From Octopus vulgaris (Eukaryota), in assembly GCA_951406725.2 (NCBI GenBank), contig OX597816.1, positions 78,430,001 through 78,494,000 on the forward strand: a stretch of DNA of 64,000 nt. The letters run 5' to 3'. Of this stretch, positions 1-10,809 are shown piece after piece (the stretch's first letter is position 1; the number at the start of each line of letters is the position of its first letter). The notes beneath the pieces are model-generated. The model saw nothing but the letters and a program-made list of their open reading frames with translations. It did not search any database and was not told the origin of the DNA. Position numbers and translations under genes: made by a program.

Positions 1-95
1 CTAGGGAAATGCATAGAACATAGTCGAGAACAATGATGAACAAGAAAGGAGCAAGTGTGTTACTCTGCAGAACACCTGCTTCAACTTCAAAGAAG
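1..95 (-). mobile_element. RTE-type LINE RT fragment, running off the window edge
   Basis: Minus strand reads FEVEAGVLQSNTLAPFLFIIVLDYVL, matching the non-LTR RT motif GVxQGDxLAPxLF. Confidence 0.6.
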
Positions 96-199
96 TAAGA
101 ATTATATATCCACTACACATACCTGCCATGAACCATTGGGTCACAACCACTCCAAGTTGAAAATGTCAATGTGCAGTGGGAAAAGAACAAGTACTATTT

Positions 200-812
200 C
201 TAACTTGTAATACAATTCTTAAATAATACAGTTCTCCTGCCTTTGGTGTGACAACATAAACATGACCAAGTGTTTCTTCTTTGAAAACGTTTAAATGGAT
301 CTTCAACTTTTTTTCCTTGCTTTCTTCTTTGCCATTCTTTGTTACTACTGTTCCGAGTGAAAATACATGGGTACTTCAGCATAAAGTAATGCTTTTTGCA
401 AAGTCCCCATTCTGTCAATGTCGTTCTCATATGTTGTTTGTTGACAGCCATATATATCCTCGTTATTTCTGAGCAATATTCTCTGTTTATCTGGTAGATG
501 AACTTGCAGGTGCTCTTTCATGAATTGAAAATCCTAAAATGGATGCAACTACATTTGATGGTCCAATATACTCATCCATTAGATATTGACTAATTTCATT
601 AATGTTTATTTGAACAGCAGCTTGGTCATTTCCTTTCAACATGTTCTTGATGACATGCGTAAATGACCTCCCTGAGGAAATGATTTCAGCATTGCAGTGA
701 CACTTGAATGTTCTTAAAAGAGTTTCATTATAAGGTACAACCCATTTGTTTGTTTTTCCATTCTTATGAGATTCAGCTCCTGCCATTGCAAATTATTACT
801 TATATAAAGAGA
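200..812 (-). mobile_element. Degenerate, internally deleted Helitron (RepHel fragments)
   Basis: ORF 487-786 (WVVPYNETLLRTFKCHCNAEI...EISQYLMDEYIG...GFSIHER) matches the Helitron Rep region. A Helitron-type 5' end, A|TCTCTTTATATAA, lies at 812. Confidence 0.8.
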
Positions 813-1216
813 TAGCCTCTCTGTCTGTTTTTCTGTCTTTTGATTAAGATGATAAAGATTAATATTTTATTTTAAATAAAATAGTAATTTTTACCTTTAA
901 GAAAAACCAAAAAAAAAAACCCTCAAGTACCTGTGATTCAAAAATATCTCGTAAAAATATTGGGAGACACTCCAAAAGTTGTATAAATGATTAAGGGGAG
1001 AAAAAAGAGAGGAAAAAGGATGACGACAACTTTTTGAAGTGTTGGCATTTTCAATTTGGTTTGTTTTTCTTAAAGAGGGAAATAACTATTTTATTTGTAA
1101 TCATTATCGTCTTAATCAAAGGGCAGGAAAACAGACAAACCTTGAGTTTTAGAATAATATAGATTACAGCTGATCTTACCAATCAGTTTCCTGCTAGGAA
1201 TTCAATGGAGTGTTAG

Positions 1217-1319
1217 GTAACAATCCAATTATATAATCCTGCACTCATCAGAGGTAACCATATTTCATTCCATATCTGCTACCTCTGATGAGCGTAAGGT
1301 TATATAAACAGATTGTTAC
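1217..1319. repeat. Inverted pair of decayed Penelope-type hammerhead/pLTR fragments
   Basis: GTAACAATC...CTCATCAGAGGTA and TACCTCTGATGAG...GATTGTTAC form an inverted repeat. The CTGATGAG core is present on both strands but the GAAA box has decayed. Confidence 0.5.
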
Positions 1320-2079
1320 TTATACTCCATGGGATATATGTGTGTGTATGTGTGTGCGTGCACACACACACACACATATAGAGAGAGGTACATGCATATG
1401 CTAGAAGTAATGAATGAAGAAAAGAGTATAAAGATACAGAAGATAGAGTATAAACAGTTTATTGATTTCAAGCATGAAATAATTTGTCAGGTGAAACCAA
1501 AAGCTCTATTTAGTTGTGATTCTGGCTGAGCTAATAAATTATATATATAAATATTTATAGGTATATTGGAGAATTAAGATAACACCAGCATAAATATTTA
1601 GCTCCTACATATGTTTCCCTGTTGTAGTTACTTGGGACACCAAGTGTTAAAGAACACTGTATGCCCCAGAGCAGATGAGGCAACTTGCTCCAAGGTGAGC
1701 AAGAATGGTAGATATCAGTATTTCACTTAATTTTGCTTCACATGTACTATGCCACAGTACATCAACAAATGTACTTTACACTATTTGCATGTATACTCGA
1801 GACCGGTCATTCATTTAATTTAAAGATCAATATCTATCATTCCTGCTGACCTCAGGGCAAGTTGCCTCACCTGGTCCAGGACATTAAATGTTCATTTAAT
1901 GTTGTGTAGGGAGCTTTCCCAGGATACTGTTCCTCAGCAAATTGGCATAGAAACGAAACACATATGTTATGTATGTGTGACTGATAATATTTAAATAAAT
2001 AAATAAAATATATAAATATATACATACACATACAAACACACACAGATACACACATGCATGCATGCACATCAGACATTAA

Positions 2080-3978
2080 CCCTTTTAAAACAGTTGATGT
2101 GACTTTATGCACACAAAGTAGATGTTTTAAATTGGTTGATGATATATACTGCCTGACTTAGAACCTGTCGCCGGAGTTAATACCAGTCCACCTACCAACT
2201 GATTAGATGTTTCATGTAAATATTACATCCTGACAGGCTGGTCTTGCCACTCCAGCTCTGTCAACTTCATCGTTCCTGTTTTGTTGAATTTATGGTCACC
2301 GCATCCTATCACTCCAGCTCAGTCAACTTCGTCATTGCGTCCTGTTTTGTCAAATTTACGGTTGTCATGTCCTGTTTCATTGAATTTATGGTCATCATGC
2401 CAAGCTACACCAAGCTCCACCACCTTACGAGTTGTTTCTTCTGGTTCAGATGATGACTTGAGGAGTGAGTATTTTCCTAGTTCAGAATCAGAGGATTCCG
2501 ATAGTGATGCTGATATTCTGGTGAATCAAAGGTACAGGTGGCCAGCAGTGAATGCCCCTGAACAATAGAATGTTGTGTGGTGATCGAGAGATAATTCAGT
2601 CTGACAGCATGGGTTTACTGGTACACCTGGCATAAAGGCAAACCTTGAACATAGAAGTTTGCCATTGGAAATCTTCCATGAGTTTTTGACGGATGGAATG
2701 TTCCAATATATAGCAGATGAAACAAATGACTATGCTGAAAACCATCCTCAGCATGTCAGACCTGGGCAAGGCAGTGATTGGTTTCCAACCACAGGGGACA
2801 AAATCAAAGTTCTGATTGCCCTGCTAATACTGATGGGCACTGTGACAAAACTGACTCTGGCAACATATTGGAATCTGGATCCAGCCACATCAACATGTTT
2901 CTTTCTGGAAAAGATGCCACGTAATTGATTTTTGGCATTTCTTTGAAATGTACATTTCAACTCAGGTGAGAACCAGGATGACAGGCTGCACAAAATACGT
3001 TGTATCATTGACAAAGTGGCTGAAAATTTCAGAATGGTGTATGTCCCCACACAGGATATTTGTATGGATAAGAGTTCGTGGAAATTCAAGGGAAGGCTCT
3101 GATTCAAACAATACAACCTGACCAAATGTGCCTGCTTTGGAGTAAAGGTTTATAAACTATGTCAGTCAACTGGTAAAGCCAGTTCATGTGGAATTACAAA
3201 ATCTCCACTGGTCAGGACAGATTGGATCTTCCAGCATTTACTCAAGTGTCAACTGATGTTGTGTTGTTGCTGAATGAAAACTTGTGGACAGGGTCAATCT
3301 CTCAGATCAGCTGGCAATGACACACAAATTGGTGAGAAAATTTGTGAAATGGTACAAAAAAATTTTCTTTTATATAGTTGACATGTGTATCATGAACTCA
3401 CATTTAATTTGGCAGTGTGGAGGATTGAATGACATTCAGGAATATATTGTTCTGTGAAATGATAGAAGCATCAGACCTGCCAAAGTACAGAATGTGTGGA
3501 CATCCCCACGCTGGACTCTCTTCTCATGGCATGGTAAAGGGATGTGGACATTTTTCATGACTGTTTCCCCCCACCACCAAGAAGCCAAATGCTTCAAAGA
3601 GATTTACATTATATAAAGCAAAAGGGAAACATAAGGAAACCAGAAACCATTGTATGATATGCCACTGTGTGTGGTATCCTATTTTGAACTCTACCACACA
3701 AAAGTCAATTTTTTAATTCATGCGATTGTAAATATATGAAGTTGATCTGACTTGTGCTGTTGAATGTTCTTATTCAGGAATAATACCGCATGAGCATCCT
3801 GCACAGGATATAGTTTATAAATAAACAGTATGTGACTGAATGAATCACCGCTGTAAACTGATCAAAGTGGTTGATGTAAATATACATGGAACCATTGTCA
3901 TGCACTAATTGCTGATCTCAGCCAAGATGATTACCATCAATGCAACCTCGTTGCTTGATAAAAAAAAACGTCATGGGG
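2080..3978 (+). mobile_element. piggyBac DNA transposon with a PGBD4-like transposase pseudogene
   Basis: Ends TTAA|CCC (2076-2082) and GGG|TTAA (3976-3982). Transposase fragments include PLEIFHEFLTDGMFQYIADETNDYA, LLILMG...YW, DRLHKIR, FKGRL*FKQY and FGVKVYKLC, with many stops. Confidence 0.85.
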
Positions 3979-4049
3979 TTAAAAGATGATGATGATATAA
4001 ATATATGTATAAAATATATATAAAATTAAAAAAGTATGTATAAAATTTA

Positions 4050-4970
4050 GATGATGGTGAGGATATGTGTAAGCTTGCAAGAAACGAAGCCAGTATGCTC
4101 TGCTGGATGTGTAATGTCAGTGTGCATACCTTGAGAGAAAAGTTTGACCTTAGAAGCATCAGATGTGGTGTGCAAGAGAGACGACTGCACTGGCATGGTC
4201 ATGTTGTGAGAATGGATGAGGATAACTGTCACACCCTAGCGGTTGAGGGAACCTGTGGAAGAGGTAGACCCTGGAAGACCTGGGATGAGGTGGTGAAGTA
4301 CGACCTTCGAACATTAGGCCTCACCAAGGCAATGACTAGTGACCGAGACCTTTGGAAATATGTTGTGCTTGAGAAGACCTGGCAAGCCAAATCAGACCAT
4401 AACCCATGGCCTATGCCAGTGGTGTAACCAGCCACTTATGAGTACCTTTCCTTCATTGGACACTAAACTCTGCTTGCGAAGACCTGTTGAGGCAAGTGAA
4501 ATCGAAATCAAATTCGATGACAGCACTGCATGACTGGCATCCATGCAAGTGGAGCACTAAGAGCACCATCTGAGCATGATTGTTGCCAGGGCCACTGACT
4601 GGCTCCTGTGCCGGCGGCACGTAAAAAGCACCATTCGAGCATGATCATTACCAGTGTCACCTTACTGGCACGTGAAGAACAACATTCGAGTGAGGTTGTT
4701 GCCAGTGCCGCTGGACTGGCTCCTGTGCAGGTGGCATGTAAAAAACACCATTTGAGTATGGCCGTTGCCTGTACCGCCTGACTGACCCTCATGCCAGTGG
4801 CACGTAAAAGCACCCAGTATACTCTCAGAGTGGTTGATGTTAGGAAAGGCATCTGATCTGCCAGATCAGATTGGAGCCTGGTGCAGCCATCTGGCTCGCC
4901 AGTCCTCAGTCGAACCATCCAATCCATGCCAGCATGGAAAGCAGACGTTAAACAATGATGATGATGATGA
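4050..4970 (+). mobile_element. RTE LINE 3' end with repetitive 3' UTR and (TGA)n tail
   Basis: ORF 4065-4427 RRLHWHGHVVRM...GRGRPWKTW is an RTE C-terminus. The element ends in GATGATGATGA. Confidence 0.8.
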
Positions 4971-4973
4971 TAT

Positions 4974-5325
4974 AGGTGCATACGTGACTGTGTGGTAAGA
5001 AATTTGCTTCCTACTATGGTTCTGGGTTCAGTCCTACTGTGTGCACCTTGGACAAGTATTTTTTTTTTTACTATAGTCTTGGGCCAACCAAACTTATGTG
5101 TAGATTTGGTAGATGGAAACTCGTTTGTGTGTGTGTGTGTATCTTTCTGTCTGCTTGACAACTGGTCTGCTTATGTTGCCATATCTTAGTTGTTTGTCAA
5201 GAAAGACCGATAGAATAAATACTGAGCTTTAAAAAAAAAGTCCTGGGATTGATTTGTTTGACTAAGATTCTTCAAAGTGGTGCCCCAGCATGACCACAGT
5301 CTAATAACTGAAACAAATAAAGGAC
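4974..5325 (+). mobile_element. tRNA-derived SINE, family A (central CA/TG repeat)
   Basis: A box TGACTGTGTGG, B box GGTTCAGTCC, and tail GGTGCCCCAGCATGACCACAGTC...GACTGAAAC. There are many copies in the window. Confidence 0.75.
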
Positions 5326-5714
5326 ATACACAAAATATGTATGACAGTTCAGCAGTAGTTAATGAATTAGAGAGGGAAGCAAGAAATGCTTCATCATAAA
5401 TTTAGCAGTAGTACTTGAGAGAAAGACCAAAGCCGAGAGCAAAGAACAAATACCGAGTGAGTAGTAAAGCAAAATAGTTGTTGCTTAATCGGTGTACTGT
5501 ACTCAATTTGAGGTGGTTGGTAGAGGGATGATCAAGGGAAAAACATTAATACTGCTTGGAGTTGTATTGTCAAAAAGTGTTAAAATCATTGTGACCCCCA
5601 ATTATCAGCTGACAATAGGAGTAGCCAGTAGTGCTAATTGCATGTCATGTACATACATATATGTGTGTATCTCTCTCTCCCCCTCTCTATATGTAACTTT
5701 TATCTTTTTTTTTC

Positions 5715-6095
5715 ATTTTACTTGATCACTCATTAGAGTGCAGCCATAAAGGAACACTACCTTGAAGGGTTGAGTTTATTTTCTAAATCTAGTACTTATG
5801 CTATCAGTCTCTATTTGTTGAAGCGCTAATTACAGGAACATAAACAAACCAACACTGGTTGTCAGGTGGTGGTACGAGACAAACACAGATACAAAGACGC
5901 CCATATAGATATATACATGTATATTCATATGACAATCATTCTTCAGTTTCTGCCTATTAAATCCACTCACAAGGCCTTGGACAGCCTACGACTATAGAAA
6001 AAGACACTTGCCCAAGGTGCAATACAGTGGAACTAAACCTGTAACCATGTGAATAGAAAGCAAACTTCTTAATCACATAACCATGTCTGCACCTA
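5715..6095 (-). mobile_element. SINE family A copy
   Basis: Reverse-complement similarity to 4974-5325 and 56436-56854. Confidence 0.7.
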
Positions 6096-6304
6096 TACAT
6101 GTACCTATATTTATGTGTGTGTGTGTGTATCTATCTACACTCACACACATTTCTATACATATATACATATTGACATATACATACACACACATACTCCCTA
6201 CTTAACATACACAAATGTACTTTACTTTCATATTAGTATACTGTTTACTTGATTTCATTATCAAGCTACAGCCATCCTGGAACACTGCTTAGAAAGATCT
6301 AGTC

Positions 6305-6628
6305 CAGTGGTTTTCAACCAGGATTCATATGACCCTAGGGGTCCACACAAACAAAATAGTAAACTGAGAATTCACAGTAGTATTTCAAGGGTCCATGAAA
6401 AAATTTTGATTTACATGTATTTATTACAAGAAACAGCAAGGTTTCTTTCTCTAACATTTTACATAATTCAACCTGCATAAGTTAATGTGTGAAAAACAAA
6501 ATAGAGAATTTTGAAAGAAGTATGTCTAAAACTAGTTTTTGAACATTGAATGGCTATGGGAGTGGGGTCAGCCAGAGTAAAATAGTAATCAAAGGGGACC
6601 ATAGGTAAAAAATGGTCAAGAACCACTG
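6305..6628. mobile_element. hAT (Charlie-like) MITE inserted in a family A SINE (~6245-6790)
   Basis: TIRs CAGTGGTTTTCAACC / GGTCAAGAACCACTG. The 8-bp TSD is ATCTAGTC / ATCTAGTT (NTCTAG-type target). Confidence 0.85.
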
Positions 6629-6909
6629 ATCTAGTTGAACAAATTGACTCTAGTACTTAATCTTTTGAAAGACTGGTACTTATTCTATCAATCTCCTTTG
6701 CTGAACCACTAAGTTACAGAATATAATAAAATCAACATTGGTTGTCAAGCAGTGGTAGGGGGACAAACACAGACACAAAGGCAAACATGCATAGATATAT
6801 ACATACACACCTTCACACATATATATACATCTTTCAATATCAATATATTGATTGATCGCTAAATCCACAAGTCTTTTTTTATTCTCCCTCTGTTTATTAT
6901 ATCTGATTC

Positions 6910-6945
6910 CTTTCTGTTGAAGAGCACAGGCTCGAAATGTAAAAG
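6910..6945 (+). ncRNA. Decayed minimal hammerhead ribozyme (Penelope pLTR remnant)
   Basis: CTTT...TTGAAGAGC-ACAG-GCTCGAAATGTA-AAAG has the core with two C>T changes. Confidence 0.45.
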
Positions 6946-7031
6946 ACTTACTCACTTTCCCAAGCGTCAAACTAATGCACCTGCATGTTGTTCATACACC
7001 TGTCTTTGTCTTCTGTTTTTCTGTAAATTTC

Positions 7032-7124
<93 letters not shown>

Positions 7125-7129
<5 letters not shown>

Positions 7130-7395
7130 TCATCATCGTTTAATGTCCATTTTCCATGCTGGTTTGGGTTGGAGATTTGACTGGGGGACTGGCAAGCCAG
7201 TAGGGTGTGCCTGGCTCCAATCTGATCTGGCAAGGTTTCTACAGATGGATGCCCTTCCTAATGGCAACCACTCCGAGAGTGTAGTGAGTGCTTTTTACAT
7301 GCCCCCGGCAGAGGAGCCAGTCAGGGGAAACTAGCATTGACCACGTTCAGATGGACATTTTGCATGTCACTGGCATGGGAAGCCAGTCAAGCAGT
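7125..7395 (-). mobile_element. RTE LINE 3' UTR fragment
   Basis: (CAT)n tail and similarity to 4800-4970. Confidence 0.65.
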
Positions 7396-7454
7396 GTATA
7401 CACACACACACACACACATATATTTATATATATGTATACATACACATACATTAT

Positions 7455-8225
7455 CTTTTACTAGTTTCAGTCATTTGATTATAGCCATGCTAGGACATCA
7501 CCTCAAAGAGATTTTAGTTGGATGAATTGACACTAGTACATAATGTTTTTAAAACTTGTATTATTCTATTGGTCTGTTTTGCTGAACCGCTAAGTTATGG
7601 GATATATACACACTAACACAAGTTGTCAAGTGGTGATGGGGAATAGACACACACACACACATACATATATACGACGGGTTTCTTTCAGTTTCTGTCTACC
7701 AAATCACTCACAAGGCTTTGGTTGGCTCAAGGCTATAGCAGAAGACACTTGCTCAGGGCGTCGGAAAAGTAAGCTTCCTACCACACAGCCATGCCTACAC
7801 CTATGTGATATATATTATTTATATAACATACATTATTTCTATATATGTATTTTAACTGTGTGGTAAGAACTTTGATTCCCAACCATATGGTTCTAAGTTC
7901 AATCCCATTGCAAAGAACCTTTGGCAAGTGTATTTTTCTGTAGTTACAAGCCGACCAAAGCCTTGAGTGGATTTAGTAGACAGAAACTATATAAATGCCT
8001 AAATGTGTGTATATACATATGTGTGTATAAATATATATATGTTTGCCCCCCCCCCCCGACAACTGGTGTCATGTAACTTAGCAGTTCGGCAAAAGTGACT
8101 AATAGAATAAGTATCAGATTAAAATAAAAAATAATACTGGAGTCAATTCATTTGACTAGAATTCTTCAAGGCAATGCTCCAGCATGGCCACAGTCAAATG
8201 ACTGAAACTTGTAAAAAAATAAATA
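7455..8225. mobile_element. Two head-to-head family A SINEs (~7455-7800 minus, ~7855-8225 plus)
   Basis: Both carry the shared core AACTTAGCxGTTCxGCAAAA and the CCAGCATGGCCACAGTCAAATGACTGAAAC-type tail. Confidence 0.7.
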
Positions 8226-8314
8226 GAATGTATTTATTATATAATATATGAGCATCACACACACACATACACATATATAAATACATAGATCGATATATCT
8301 ACATACATAGATAC

Positions 8315-8383
8315 ATATGTACACACACACACACACATATATATGTATATATATATGTATATATATATATGTATATATATATG

Positions 8384-8482
<99 letters not shown>

Positions 8483-8525
8483 GCTGATCTTTCCAATCAG
8501 TTTCGCATAAAGAATACAATGGAGT

Positions 8526-8569
<44 letters not shown>

Positions 8570-8570
8570 T
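8315..8570. repeat. (TA)n/(CA)n microsatellite
   Basis: Directly visible. Confidence 0.95.
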
Positions 8571-8800
8571 CCCTGAGCGTCTGCTAATACTTTACGTGTA
8601 CCACATCCTCGCAGTTTTCTTTTTTGTTTGTTCTTTTTTGGGATTTACTATATATGTATGTATGTATGTATTACACACACACTAACACATGTGTAAATAT
8701 ATATTCAATATAAAGCATTACAACAACGAGAAAAATAACTCAAGAAAATCAAAATAAGATTAATAAAAATCGATTAACAAAGCGAGTAATTTCATCTTAC

Positions 8801-8903
8801 ATTGGAATGCACTTTCAGCTACATCCCTCTCGTCAATGGCAATAGCTATGACGCGACTATTCTGGTCCGATTCCATGGCTGCTGATTCTGGTGCTGCGGC
8901 CAT
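8801..8903 (-). CDS. First coding exon of a universal stress protein (UspA/USP domain) gene; remaining exons not found in the window
   Basis: AAAATGG start, then MAAAPESAAMESDQNSRVIAIAIDERDVAESAFQ+T, then donor GTAAGA at 8800. RVIAIAID...AF.W matches the USP beta1-alpha1 motif (VxVAVDxSxxSxxAFxW), with a phase-1 intron in the presumed W codon. Confidence 0.8.
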
Positions 8904-10384
8904 TTTCTTTCGTGTGAAGCAATGCAATTTCAGAAAGCCAAGAATAGGAATTGATTTTGATTTGGTTCTTATTTCTTGTTGCTGTTCTTGTAGTTGTGTC
9001 TTGTTAAATAAATATCCTAATTAAAAATCATACCTTTCCATCGCTTTCTTTCTATATTTGCAAAGTATGTTTTAGGTTCCGTTTGGAATCAATCATCTCA
9101 AAGCTGTCAAACGTAGATGGAGAGAAGGTGTAATATTCTCCGATTCTACAACTACTATGCTACCAAAGCTGGTCTCTCTCTCTCTAAAATGTCTAAGTAT
9201 TTCAATAATATTGACAACTACCACCGCTCCTTCAGTTGATTCCATATTTTCTTCTTTTATTACTTTCAATCACCGTGTTTATAATATAGGTCTTTCCGTA
9301 TCATCTTCATCGCTTACGATACAATGACTTGAATTAGTTTCGTGAGTTTCAACACCTCAACCAATAAATCATTAAAACTCGCATCTGAGGTTTAAAACAC
9401 CTATATCCATGCACGCGTGCGCGCATACACACACACACGTACGCGCGCGCATCAGAGAATTCGTAAGGGAGAAGGGTTCTGTATTAAATCTGGATAAACT
9501 TAAAAGTACATTAAAATGACAGAAAACGACCATGCTGGAGTTACATTTGTTAATCCAACGGATTTGATCTGAGAACTGACGTCGCGGTTACAATTGCAAC
9601 GTGATAAAATCACATTTATTTAAAAAAAACACAAGCACTGTTGTATTAACTTTTATTTGGTATGATCGGTAGAGCACCAGACTATTTGCTCCACTTAAAC
9701 TTTTTTTTACTTTCTGAGTTTAAACCTTGATGAGGTAGATTTTGCTTTTCATTCTTCTGTGCTCAATGAAATAGAAGTGTTACCTACCTGTTTTATCGAT
9801 AATCAATTGCGTTATCCCCGAGTTTTCAGGCATTGGTAAAATCAATGGTTTGTAACAATAATTCTTTCTTTCTTTCTTTCTTTCTTCCTGTCTTTCTTTT
9901 TATTTTATTGTTTTAGACACTGGGCCAGTAATTTGATCGAAGGGGTTCGCCATTCGACTAACTCCGGCACTTGATTGATACTTATCTTATCGATTCTGGA
10001 GAGATCAACGACATTTGGCATTTGGACTCGGAGTATCATATATTCATATACGTCTGACAGATTTAATCTCTCTTTAATGACACTTGATTTGCTATTGAAT
10101 TGTGAATTCCAATCGGTATTCTTCTCACTTCCTTTTCTAAATGTATATCGTGGTTAACTCTGAAGCGTATAATCATATACGCTATATATATTTGCTTTGT
10201 TTTCTTTAAGCCATTTCAGAGTGAAAGTAATCAAACTAAATGTGTCTCGTAAAGGTGTTCCAGCATGACCGCAACCGCATGACTGAAACGAATAAAAGAA
10301 TACTTATTAGTGTAATAAAATTACAGATATTATCATTTGATCAATTTCAAAGACACATATGTCGTCTGCTTCAGTAGATGTCTG

Positions 10385-10566
10385 TTTCTTTATTACTCAC
10401 AAGGGGCTAAAAAATAGAGGGGACAAACAAGGACAGACAAACGGATTAAGTCTATTACTCGACCCCAGTGCGTAACTGGTACTTAATTTATCGACCCTGA
10501 AAGGATGAAAGGCAAAGTCGACCTCATTGGAATTTGAACTCAGAACGTAACAGCAGACGAAATACG
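10385..10566 (-). mobile_element. 3' part of a tRNA-derived SINE (family B), split by the Tx1 LINE
   Basis: B box GAGTTCAAATTCC, core GTCGACTTTGCCTTTCATCCTTTC, and tail AGCCCCTTGTGAGTAATAAAGAAA. Confidence 0.85.
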
Positions 10567-10809
10567 AATTTCTTTATTGCCCACCGGGGGCCAAACATAG
10601 ATATGGACAGTACAACTGATGGGATCAGTGAATCGATATGATTTTACATAAATGTGACTTCAAAAATAAAATACAATACATAAAAATCGAATGGAATACA
10701 CAGTACAAAAACAATACAAATGAAGCGATGATCAAGTTACGCTCCGATCTCACAAGCCCCGATCTACCGCTGATACCTTTTTATTTTTCCTTTTTTTTTT
10801 CTCGTCTAT

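Noticed and set aside
1867-1950. Possible USP exon 2 (donor CAG|GTGAGG)
   Set aside because: The peptide has no USP similarity and there is no convincing acceptor.
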